DNA from: Methanothrix sp.
GTDB lineage: Archaea; Halobacteriota; Methanosarcinia; Methanotrichales; Methanotrichaceae
DNA length: 41,489 nucleotides
Assembly: GCA_036733325.1 (NCBI GenBank)
Contig: DAINAQ010000001.1
Location: 18,478-59,966, forward strand
Reading direction: 5' to 3'
Position numbers and translations under genes: made by a program
Notes under the pieces: generated by a model
Told to the model about the DNA's origin: nothing
Seen by the model: the letters and a program-made list of their open reading frames with translations, nothing else
Database searches by the model: none
In this document: piece after piece, positions 9,257-17,329 of the stretch
Position numbering within the stretch: the stretch's first letter is position 1
Layout: every line of letters begins with the position of its first letter

Positions 9257-10768
9257 ATGAACGGACGAATCAGGCGATCAGCTCTGGGATTGACCTTATC
9301 AACTTTTGTCTTTTTTGCGGTCATGACCGGAGGATACTGTCAGAACGACCCCGTCGAGCCGAACGACGAGATCGGGGACGCCACCGAATTGGGCGTCGGC
9401 GATGCGGCGGGTGGGTTCATAAGCCCCGCGGGCGACGTGGACTTCTACAAGTTCAGGATCGAGAGCCCCGGTAAATTGGAGGTGAGCCTCGACGGCGTCT
9501 CCGACGAGATGAGGACCAGGATCGACCTCTACGGCAAGAACTTCAACTGGATCACCCGGGTCGACGCCTCCAACCCCGGCGACCTGGTGACGCTGAAGCT
9601 GGATCTTACCAACCCCGGCTGGTACTACCTCGGAGTTCTGGACCTTTTGGGACAGTCCCACGATATGGGCTACAACTTCGGCTTGAGCTTTGAGCACGTC
9701 GTGGACGACTCCGAGCCCAACGGCGAGATCGGGGACGCCGGAGAGATCAGCTTCGGAAGCACCGTCGATGGATACATATTCGCCGGGGGGGACGTGGACT
9801 TCTATAAGTTCTATGTAAACTGCTCCGGGATTCTGGAGGTCATCCTGGAGGGGGTCCCCGACGACATGAGAACCAGGATCGACTTCTACGGCAAGAACTT
9901 CAACTGGATCACCCGCATCGACGCCTCCAACCCCGGCGACCTGGTGACCCTGCACCTGGACCTGGTGAACCCGGGCTGGTACTACCTCGGGGTTCTGGAT
10001 CTGGCGGGCAATTCTTACAACTCCACCTACACCTTCCGGCCGGAGTTTGAGCCGGTGGTGGACGGACGCGAGCCCGACGGCGAGATCGGGGACGCCACGG
10101 AGACCAGCTTCGGCGATCTGGTCGAGGGTTACATATTCCCCGCCGGTGACGGCGACTTCTACAAGTTCAACCTCACCAGCCCCGGCATCCTCAATGTCGC
10201 CCTCACCGCCGCCCCTGACGACATGAGGACCAGGATCGACTTCTACGGCAAGAACTACAACTGGATCACCAGAGTCGACGCCTCCAACCCCGGCGACCTG
10301 GTCACTTTGAAGCTGGACCTGGCCGATCCCGGCTGGTACCGCATCGGGATCGTGGATCTGGCGGGCCTGTCCCACAACCTCCTCTACGCCTTCACCCCCA
10401 CCTTCGAGCCGGTGATCGACCCAAGCGAGCCGAACAGCGAGATCGGTGACGCGACGGAGATCGGCCCCGGCCAGGCGGCGGGAGGGATCATCTTCCCGGC
10501 CGGCGACGGCGACTTCTACAAGCTCCACCTGGCCGGCCCCGGCATCCTGGAGGTCTCCCTCACCGACACCCCCGCCGAGATGAGGGCGAGGATCGACCTC
10601 TACGGCAAGAACTACAACTGGATCACCAGGGTTGACGCCTCGAACCCCGGGGACCTCGCGACCCTGGAGTTTGAGGTCGAGAATCCCGGCTGGTACTACC
10701 TGGGGGTCGTCGACCTGGAGGGGAAGTCCCATACGGCGGAGTACGGCTTCACCGCGGCCCTCAGCTGA
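9257..10768 (+). CDS. Secreted protein with four tandem PPC-like (pre-peptidase C-terminal) domains
   Basis: Signal peptide; four ~119-aa repeats EPNxEIGDAxE...GDxDFYKF...MRTRIDxYGKNxNWITRVDASNPGDL...PGWYYLGVxD; no catalytic domain seen. Confidence 0.8.
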   Translation: MNGRIRRSALGLTLSTFVFFAVMTGGYCQNDPVEPNDEIGDATELGVGDAAGGFISPAGDVDFYKFRIESPGKLEVSLDGVSDEMRTRIDLYGKNFNWITRVDASNPGDLVTLKLDLTNPGWYYLGVLDLLGQSHDMGYNFGLSFEHVVDDSEPNGEIGDAGEISFGSTVDGYIFAGGDVDFYKFYVNCSGILEVILEGVPDDMRTRIDFYGKNFNWITRIDASNPGDLVTLHLDLVNPGWYYLGVLDLAGNSYNSTYTFRPEFEPVVDGREPDGEIGDATETSFGDLVEGYIFPAGDGDFYKFNLTSPGILNVALTAAPDDMRTRIDFYGKNYNWITRVDASNPGDLVTLKLDLADPGWYRIGIVDLAGLSHNLLYAFTPTFEPVIDPSEPNSEIGDATEIGPGQAAGGIIFPAGDGDFYKLHLAGPGILEVSLTDTPAEMRARIDLYGKNYNWITRVDASNPGDLATLEFEVENPGWYYLGVVDLEGKSHTAEYGFTAALS

Positions 10769-10780
10769 TGGCCGACCCAT

Positions 10781-10832
10781 CGATATCGGACAATCGATTA
10801 TCGGACAATCGATTATCGGACAATCGATATCG
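10781..10832. repeat. 14-15-bp tandem repeat CGAT(T)ATCGGACAAT x3 plus a partial copy
   Basis: Read directly; each unit contains a CGAT(T)ATCG palindrome. Confidence 0.85.
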
Positions 10833-10925
10833 TGCGGATCGAGGGCCCTGGGCTGGAAGGGGATGGGACGCAAAGATCGGGATGGTGGGCGGCGATCGAT
10901 CCCCATCCCCTCCTTCCCCTGCCCA

Positions 10926-10960
10926 TTTTATCTTTTAATAAAATAATATTTTTCTTTTGT
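10926..10960. terminator. AT-rich/oligo-T tract between convergent transcription units
   Basis: ATTTTATCTTTTAATAAAATAATATTTTTCTTTTG in otherwise GC-rich DNA, between convergent genes; archaeal terminators are U-rich. Confidence 0.45.
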
Positions 10961-11089
10961 CATGTGGCGTAGAAATCTTACCGTTCCTCCTCTCCCCCCC
11001 CGCCTCCCTTCCCTTTCCCTTCTGTCCCCGTCATTCGGCGACACCGAAACCCTGCTTTTGCTGCCCACCCACCATGCCGGGACGCATCG

Positions 11090-11283
11090 CCCCGGCCTCA
11101 GCTCAGCGCTTCAAGGCGGAGGGCCTCTCAAAAATGTTGGCCGCCTGCAAAACCGATCTTCAGGTCAACGATCCTCCCTGTCGGCACCGTCATCACCTTG
11201 GAGCCGGGCCTCGATGAGGCCCAGCGCCAGGCGAGTCTGGTCAAAGGTGTGAAGCCTTGACCAGTTGAATTCTCCCTCTTTTG
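11090..11283 (-). pseudogene. Degenerate remnant of the 5' end of the B12-radical SAM methyltransferase gene
   Basis: 11200-11283 aligns by eye with 17241-17329 (shared AGGCCCAGCGCCAGG, GGTCAA, TTGACCAG). Translates LALGLIEARLQ versus LALGLIKAQLR and, in another frame, RIVDLKIGFA versus KVVNLNFDFA. Start codon lost, frameshifted. Confidence 0.8.
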
Positions 11284-14200
11284 TCAGATCCCCGGTATGA
11301 TGGGTATCACGTCGATGGCGCAGGCGTCCGCTGCGCAGGCGTCGGCGGGGCAGATGTTGATGGCGCAGACGTTGGCGGCACAGGCGTCTGCGGCGCAGGC
11401 CTCGATCAACGACACCTCGGCGGCACAGGCGTCTGCCAGGCCGGTATCGACGGGGCAGGCATCGGCTCCACATGCGGCGGCCCCACATGCTGCCGCGCCA
11501 CATGCCGCAGCCCCGCAGACTGCGATGCCGCAGGCGTCGGCACCACAGGTCCCCAACCCGCCCGCGGCGATGTTGCAGGCTGCCGCGCCACAGGCTGCCC
11601 CGAAGCATGCCCCCCATCCAGTGGCCGCCAATCCGCAGCCGGAGATTCCCGCGACGTCGGCGAGACAGACGGCGGCAAGAGCAGCCGCGACATCGCATGC
11701 GGTGGCGATCCCTGCTGCGGCACCACAGGCTGCGACATTGCAGAAGTCCCAGGCGCAGGCTGCGACACCGCAGGCCGCCGCACCGCAGGCTCCTCCTCCA
11801 ACGGCCGCTCCACAAGCTTCAGCATGACAGGCTCCTGCGACCGCTCCACCACCAGCCCCGCCGGCCGCTCCAGCAGCGCCGCCAGCAGCAGCACCACCAG
11901 CAGCGGCACCATCTGCAGCAGCACCTGCAGCAGCAGGACAGGCTACACCAGCCGCTCCCGCAGCGCCAGGTGGGGAGGAAATCAGCCCGATCTTCCAGCG
12001 CTCAAGGTCGCCGAAGGTGTCCTTATCGAATTTGCACGTGGTGTCATCATGTGAGGAGAGGAACTTCGCCTGATAGGTCACCAAGCCTATGAGGTCGCCG
12101 GACGAGACGAAGTTCTTATCCTCCGTGGGCCCGGCTCTGACGATCCTGAACCGCTCATATTCCATCGGCGAGTCCTTGTCGAAGATGCATTTCCCATCCC
12201 TCGCCGACAGGAATTTGCCGTTGTAAGAGATCAGGCTGATGATGTCACCATAGCTCAATAGCGAATCGTGCTTGCTGTCGCCGGTCCGGACGATCGTATA
12301 GGCATTTCTCTCACCGCAGGAATCAATGCCGGCACGCATACCGTTATCGGATATGTATGTATAGCAGTTATCATTATATTGGTTTGTACTGTAACTCCAG
12401 TCAAATTGGGTTCGATTGGCTCGAAGAGATATCTTGCTTCCGAAGCTTATTGCGTTTTCCGGAATCAGAACTCCTACAGCCTTTACCATCAGCGATTTGG
12501 CCATGTCATTGAAATCGTCGACGAAGGCTGCGTCCTCCAGGAAGGTCCTCGTCTCGCCCTTGAAATTGGGCTCTCTGTAGAGGGTGACGATCAGGCCCTG
12601 GGGGACCTTTATCGAGCTTATCGTGTTGCCTCCGATGATGAGATCGGCTTGATCGTAATTTCCGATCCCGATGACCTGCTTTGCCCCCATGAAATCTTTC
12701 TGTTGGTAAACGGTAGCTACGGGTTCCACCAATAGGGATTCCGTCACATTAGCGAAATCCGAGCCAACATTTGCCCAGCCCTCTGAGAAGCTCTTAGTTG
12801 TACCCTTGAAGTTTTCTTGATTGTAAAGGGTCACCTTAATGCCTTCGGGGACCTCAAGAGTTCCCAAGTTTGCCTTGATATTTTTCAGATCCTTCGTCAG
12901 GTAGGATCCGGGACCTAGCACCTGATGGTGGCCGGAGGTGTCCCATACCGTCACCTCCTTGTTGTATGTCGATTCGAGCCTGTTGTCGCGGACCTCGGCG
13001 AGGAGCCATTGCTGGCTGAGGATCGCTCCGGGGCCGAGGCTCTGGAGGGAATCCTCATCAAAGCTGACGACCAGAGAAGATGTCTTTTGGTTAAACCCGA
13101 TGTCCCTAAGATTGGCAATACTCCCCTTAACGTTCACACTATCGCCCGTGAATCCGGAGTCTGCATAAAGTCTGACGGTGATCCCATCCGGTATCCAGAT
13201 GGAGCTCAATTTGTCATTTCCAACACCACCTTTTAGGACATCAACATCGTACCGCCCAATTCCCAGGTTCTGCTGCTTGCCTCCCGCCCAGTTGAATCCA
13301 TTGTATAAGGTGATGATCTTGCTCTCATCCGCGACGATGATCGACGACGTCTTGTCGTTGAAATCATCGACTGTACCATGGTTGCCCCCCGAGAAGGTCT
13401 TGCTTTTTCCCTGGAATCTCGAGTGCTCGTAGAGGATGACCCTCAGACCACTGGGGACCTTCAGCGAGCTGACGGCGTCGTTGCCTATCGTGAGGAGGTT
13501 GATGTCGTATTTTCCGATTCCTAGCTCCTGGCTCCTCCCTTTAAAATTCTTGTGCTCGAATATCGTGGCCACCTTGTCCCCCTTGTAGGTCGGAGCGTTC
13601 AGGATGATCCTTACATCTTCATGAGGGGAGGCATCGGAGACGTCCAGCATCTTACTGGTTGCCCTGGACTCGATGTTGAACTTCCCGTATCCCAGGTTCT
13701 TCAGACTCCATTGATGGTAGGAATTATCATTCCAGGCTTCTGCGAAAACGCCTCCTGCGGCATTGGAGGTCAATACCTTGCCGTCCGCCTTGGAGACGAT
13801 CTTGTAGAAGCCGGCGTTTGCGCCCGTCAGGGGCTCAAACCTCCACTGCTGCTTATCGCTCTCCGTCCACCCCTTCTGGACCAGCGCCACCCCGCCACCG
13901 TTGACGCTCGCCACAAGCCCGCTTCTGGCGGAGGCCATCCAGTACATCTTATTCGCGTCCCTTCCGGGGAAGTTCGTCGCCCCGTCGATCACCGGCTGAA
14001 CCAGATACTTCATCTTCGTCCGCCTTTCGACCATCGATTCCCAGTCGGACCACTTGCTTCCATTCCAGTACCTGTGCCAGAGGGCCTCATCCGATCCTCT
14101 GATGAAGACGTCGATCTTATTCGGCCCTCTGGAGGCCGCGGCCGGTGCCGAGGCCAGACCTCCGCTCGGAGGCATCCCCAGAGACTCCCACGGCTGCCAG

Positions 14201-14925
14201 GTTTTTCCATCCCAGTACCTGTGCCAGAGGGCGTTGTCTGATCCTCTGACGAAGACGTCGATCCGGTTCGGTCCCCAGGAGACCGCCGCTGGAGCCGAGG
14301 CCAAACCTCCTTGCAGCGTCCCCTGCTCCCACCTATTTTTGGATCCGTTCCACCAGCAACTCCTCAGCTGATTATCTCCTCCCCTAAAGAAGACGTCGAC
14401 GAAACCAACTCCCCTGGAGACCGCCGCCGGGGCCGAGGTCAGATAAATATTTTTGCTCTGTTTCTCCGAATGATCCCAGGCATTAATCTTCTCCCACGAA
14501 CCCCAAACAGTATCATTAAACGCCCTATAATATAGGTCGTGATCTGCCCCTCTGACGAAGACGTCGAGCCGTTTTTCTCCCCAGGATGTCACCGTTGGGG
14601 CCGAGGTCAGACTTTGGGCCAAACCTTGAAAAGTAATTCTCCCCAGAGAATCCCACGGGTACCAGCTGACTCCATTCCATTGCCTGTGCCAGAGGGCGTC
14701 ATCCGATCCTCGAACGAAGACCTCGATCAGATCCCCCCGCCAGACCGTCGCCGGGGATGAGGCCAGACCTCCTCCGAGAGACTCCCATCCTCTGCTCCAG
14801 TCGGATCCGTCCCACTGCTTATGCAGAAGGTCGCTGTTCACTCCCCTCACAAAGAGGTCCAGCCGGTTTTCACCCCGGGATGCTGCCGCGGGGTCATCTT
14901 TAAAGGCCACAATAGGATTTGTCAT
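11284..14925 (-). CDS. 1213-aa multidomain protein: six-blade lectin-type beta-propeller, ricin-B, four beta-gamma-crystallin domains, fascin-like trefoil, Cys-rich pentapeptide tail (putative giant RiPP precursor 2)
   Basis: Six PAAxSxGxxxxDVFVRGxDxxLWHxxWxG repeats; QQW/HQW motifs; FEHKNFKG...GNDAVSSLKVP...FNDKTSS; 28 Cys in a Gly/Ala tail; no signal peptide. Confidence 0.85.
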   Translation of the reverse strand: MTNPIVAFKDDPAAASRGENRLDLFVRGVNSDLLHKQWDGSDWSRGWESLGGGLASSPATVWRGDLIEVFVRGSDDALWHRQWNGVSWYPWDSLGRITFQGLAQSLTSAPTVTSWGEKRLDVFVRGADHDLYYRAFNDTVWGSWEKINAWDHSEKQSKNIYLTSAPAAVSRGVGFVDVFFRGGDNQLRSCWWNGSKNRWEQGTLQGGLASAPAAVSWGPNRIDVFVRGSDNALWHRYWDGKTWQPWESLGMPPSGGLASAPAAASRGPNKIDVFIRGSDEALWHRYWNGSKWSDWESMVERRTKMKYLVQPVIDGATNFPGRDANKMYWMASARSGLVASVNGGGVALVQKGWTESDKQQWRFEPLTGANAGFYKIVSKADGKVLTSNAAGGVFAEAWNDNSYHQWSLKNLGYGKFNIESRATSKMLDVSDASPHEDVRIILNAPTYKGDKVATIFEHKNFKGRSQELGIGKYDINLLTIGNDAVSSLKVPSGLRVILYEHSRFQGKSKTFSGGNHGTVDDFNDKTSSIIVADESKIITLYNGFNWAGGKQQNLGIGRYDVDVLKGGVGNDKLSSIWIPDGITVRLYADSGFTGDSVNVKGSIANLRDIGFNQKTSSLVVSFDEDSLQSLGPGAILSQQWLLAEVRDNRLESTYNKEVTVWDTSGHHQVLGPGSYLTKDLKNIKANLGTLEVPEGIKVTLYNQENFKGTTKSFSEGWANVGSDFANVTESLLVEPVATVYQQKDFMGAKQVIGIGNYDQADLIIGGNTISSIKVPQGLIVTLYREPNFKGETRTFLEDAAFVDDFNDMAKSLMVKAVGVLIPENAISFGSKISLRANRTQFDWSYSTNQYNDNCYTYISDNGMRAGIDSCGERNAYTIVRTGDSKHDSLLSYGDIISLISYNGKFLSARDGKCIFDKDSPMEYERFRIVRAGPTEDKNFVSSGDLIGLVTYQAKFLSSHDDTTCKFDKDTFGDLERWKIGLISSPPGAAGAAGVACPAAAGAAADGAAAGGAAAGGAAGAAGGAGGGAVAGACHAEACGAAVGGGACGAAACGVAACAWDFCNVAACGAAAGIATACDVAAALAAVCLADVAGISGCGLAATGWGACFGAACGAAACNIAAGGLGTCGADACGIAVCGAAACGAAACGAAACGADACPVDTGLADACAAEVSLIEACAADACAANVCAINICPADACAADACAIDVIPIIPGI

Positions 14926-15290
14926 TCTGGCATACTCCTTCCGAGTATTTTTTTAAGTTAATGCTTTTTCGTGATAAATAAGCTTTGCGCGCAAGTTAAA
15001 AAATAAAAAAAAATTAAAATTAATTTTTATTTTTACACTTATGATATTCTCTCGTATATGCCTTGAACAAGGTCAGGAGATGTTGGATAGAAATTAACGG
15101 TCTCTTACGGATGATCAGGATGGAGGAATCCAGCCCATACAATCTTCGCGACGGGCGATAGATGTATCACTAGATACTTTTTCAAAAGATTATATATAGG
15201 ATGTTGTATATCTTATAATTTTTAATCTAGGTATTATTTTCTATTGTATATACCCATATCTATAATGAACGGATTTATTTTCTTCCATCA
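14926..15290. promoter_or_regulatory. Very AT-rich intergenic region, probable separate promoter for precursor 2
   Basis: Poly-A/T runs at 14947-15035 and several TATA-like elements; AGGAG RBS on the minus strand at about 14935-14939. Confidence 0.5.
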
Positions 15291-15404
15291 GACCGGCGGA
15301 GGCATCTCTTCGCCCGATCCCGGCTCGGATACGATAGGATTCGTCGTCGGCGGACGCTGCCGCCAGGGGGATCGGGGGAGGGCTGAAACGTCCGCAGTAT
15401 CCCG

Positions 15405-15414
15405 AAAAAAAAAA
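15405..15414 (-). terminator. U10 tract immediately after the methyltransferase stop codon
   Basis: A10 on the plus strand abutting the stop codon at 15415. Confidence 0.55.
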
Positions 15415-17319
15415 TCAATACTCGGGAGGGTAATATCCCCGCCGCGAGGATAAGGGCGGGTCGTTCACTTCGCCCGGCAGAGCAAGTCCGAGATACTTTC
15501 CTCTCTCCTGATATGCCATCCCCGCCTCGACGAAGCCTTGAAGGATATCCTCGATCGCGCCCCTTGAGGTGGCCTCTTCCCCCAGATGGCGGCAGACGGC
15601 GTCAATGCTCGCCGGATCGTCGATCGCCCGGAGAACCCCCGCCTCGATGGGATCAAGCCAAAGCTCTCGCCTCCCTCCAGCCCTCGAATCCAGGACCACG
15701 GCCTCCCCATCCACCTGGCCTAAAAACCTTAGCGCCGGGAGGTCCGCCTCGTTCTGCCAGATCCTCAGCCACTCCTGGGTCTTCGCCGTCACCCCAAAAC
15801 GCGCCTCGTCGTCCAGGACGTTCGTCCAATCTGCGTCGAAGTAGTAGGCGACCCGTCTCAGATCGATCCTATCTTCTGGATAGAGGGCCGAGTACCAGGA
15901 GAGGGGACGAAGGTTATCGGCCCCCTCCACCTCGCCGGTGAAGTAGGGGCTGAACCGGTGGCATTCGACCTTCTTCGCTCCGCCGCTCGGCGGGTTGAAA
16001 TGGTGTATCTTGGGGATAAGAACCTCCATCTCCCGGTAGTCCTCTCGCCCCTCGCCGGGGATGCGGATCAGGTTGTTCCAGAGGACCAGGATCCCGTAGG
16101 TCCGGCAGCATTTGAGGAAGAAGAGGTTCTGGATCGCCGTCGTCCCCTTCCGCATGAGATGAAGGAGATGGGTTGAGAGGCTCTCGATCCCCGGCTGCAG
16201 GTATACCACCCCCGCATCCGCCAGGGTTTTGATCTGAGGCCTGGTGAGGTCCGTCTTCACCTCGTAAAAGAGCCTCGCCCCCCTCTTCGGCGGATCGTCC
16301 CGGATCCGCGGCAGAAAAGTCTCGAAGTACTCCGGGGAGATGTTGTTGTCGCTGGCCTGATAGGTAGAGACGGGATAAAGGTTCGCGAAGCTCTTCAGCG
16401 TTCCGATCACCCTGTCTGCGGACTTCGACCGATAGGAGAGCCCCTTGCCGTTCAATCCGCAGAAGGAGCAGTGGCGCTTTTCGCCCCACCAGCAGCCCCG
16501 GGAGCTCTCGAAGAAGAGACGAACCCGCAGCTTCCATCCGGGATCCTCCGAGATCCCAATCCTCTTCGAGTCGTCGAAGAAGTCGTCATAATCCGGGTCG
16601 GGCAGACCTTCCAGCACCTCCGACGACGCCGGCCGGCCGACCGGGCCGCTCCTGACCACCCCATCATCCCGATATACGATCCCCTGGAGGTCCGAGGGCG
16701 CCTCTCCGTCCAGGAGCTTCCGGAAGAGCGGGACGATGACGTCGTCCGCCTCCCCGGTGGAGACCGCGTCGATCCAGGGCGCCTTCTCTAAAAGCTCGAG
16801 ACCCATCTGGTCGTGAAAGCAGGCTCCGCCGTACGCCAGCTTGACATCGGGGTGGACCTCTTTGATCAGCCTCCCCAGGGCGAGGGCGGACGAGGTCTGA
16901 AAGAAGGAGCAGCTGAATGCGACCACCACGGGTTCCCCCTCCCTCTCCAGGCGGCGAAGAGATTGGAGGAGGTACATGGGAACCACCTCTCGCCGGATCT
17001 TGAGGAGCCACCCCTTCATCTCCGGCACCTTTGGTATCGTCTTCAGCTCGCCCTCGCACCGCTCGACAAACTCCTCCTCCGAGGGGCCGAAGGGCCCCCA
17101 GGCTTCTTTTGCAAAGAGCCATTCGCCTACCTGGGTCTCGACGCCCTTGAAGAGGGCGACCCTCTCGTACCCTCCAAATCCGATCATCCTCGCAAAGTCG
17201 AAGTTGAGGTTGACGACTTTGCTCTCCAGCCCCTCCTCCCGGAGCTGGGCCTTGATCAGGCCCAGCGCCAGGTTGGGAGCGGTCAAGGATGCGAAGGGCA
17301 TATTGACCAGGTGTATCAT
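15415..17319 (-). CDS. Cobalamin-dependent radical SAM RiPP-maturation C-methyltransferase (PoyB/PoyC-like, TIGR03975-type)
   Basis: N-terminal LVNMPFA..PNLALGLIKA, B12-binding domain (FSCSFFQ, YGGA, TGEAD), ESSRGCWWGEKRHCSFCGLN (Cx7Cx2C), LQPGIESLS, RFSPYF. Confidence 0.9.
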   Translation of the reverse strand: MIHLVNMPFASLTAPNLALGLIKAQLREEGLESKVVNLNFDFARMIGFGGYERVALFKGVETQVGEWLFAKEAWGPFGPSEEEFVERCEGELKTIPKVPEMKGWLLKIRREVVPMYLLQSLRRLEREGEPVVVAFSCSFFQTSSALALGRLIKEVHPDVKLAYGGACFHDQMGLELLEKAPWIDAVSTGEADDVIVPLFRKLLDGEAPSDLQGIVYRDDGVVRSGPVGRPASSEVLEGLPDPDYDDFFDDSKRIGISEDPGWKLRVRLFFESSRGCWWGEKRHCSFCGLNGKGLSYRSKSADRVIGTLKSFANLYPVSTYQASDNNISPEYFETFLPRIRDDPPKRGARLFYEVKTDLTRPQIKTLADAGVVYLQPGIESLSTHLLHLMRKGTTAIQNLFFLKCCRTYGILVLWNNLIRIPGEGREDYREMEVLIPKIHHFNPPSGGAKKVECHRFSPYFTGEVEGADNLRPLSWYSALYPEDRIDLRRVAYYFDADWTNVLDDEARFGVTAKTQEWLRIWQNEADLPALRFLGQVDGEAVVLDSRAGGRRELWLDPIEAGVLRAIDDPASIDAVCRHLGEEATSRGAIEDILQGFVEAGMAYQERGKYLGLALPGEVNDPPLSSRRGYYPPEY

Positions 17320-17329
17320 GCCGTCTCCG

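Noticed and set aside
9299..10906. 535-aa minus-strand repetitive ORF
   Set aside because: Antisense to the PPC-repeat gene; its repeats simply mirror that gene.
11165..12092. Short overlapping ORFs (Arg/Cys-rich, Ala/Gln/Pro-rich) as stand-alone RiPP precursors, likewise 17316-17719
   Set aside because: They are alternative frames of the Cys-rich tails; the in-frame reading continuous with the large proteins is the one conserved between the paralogues.
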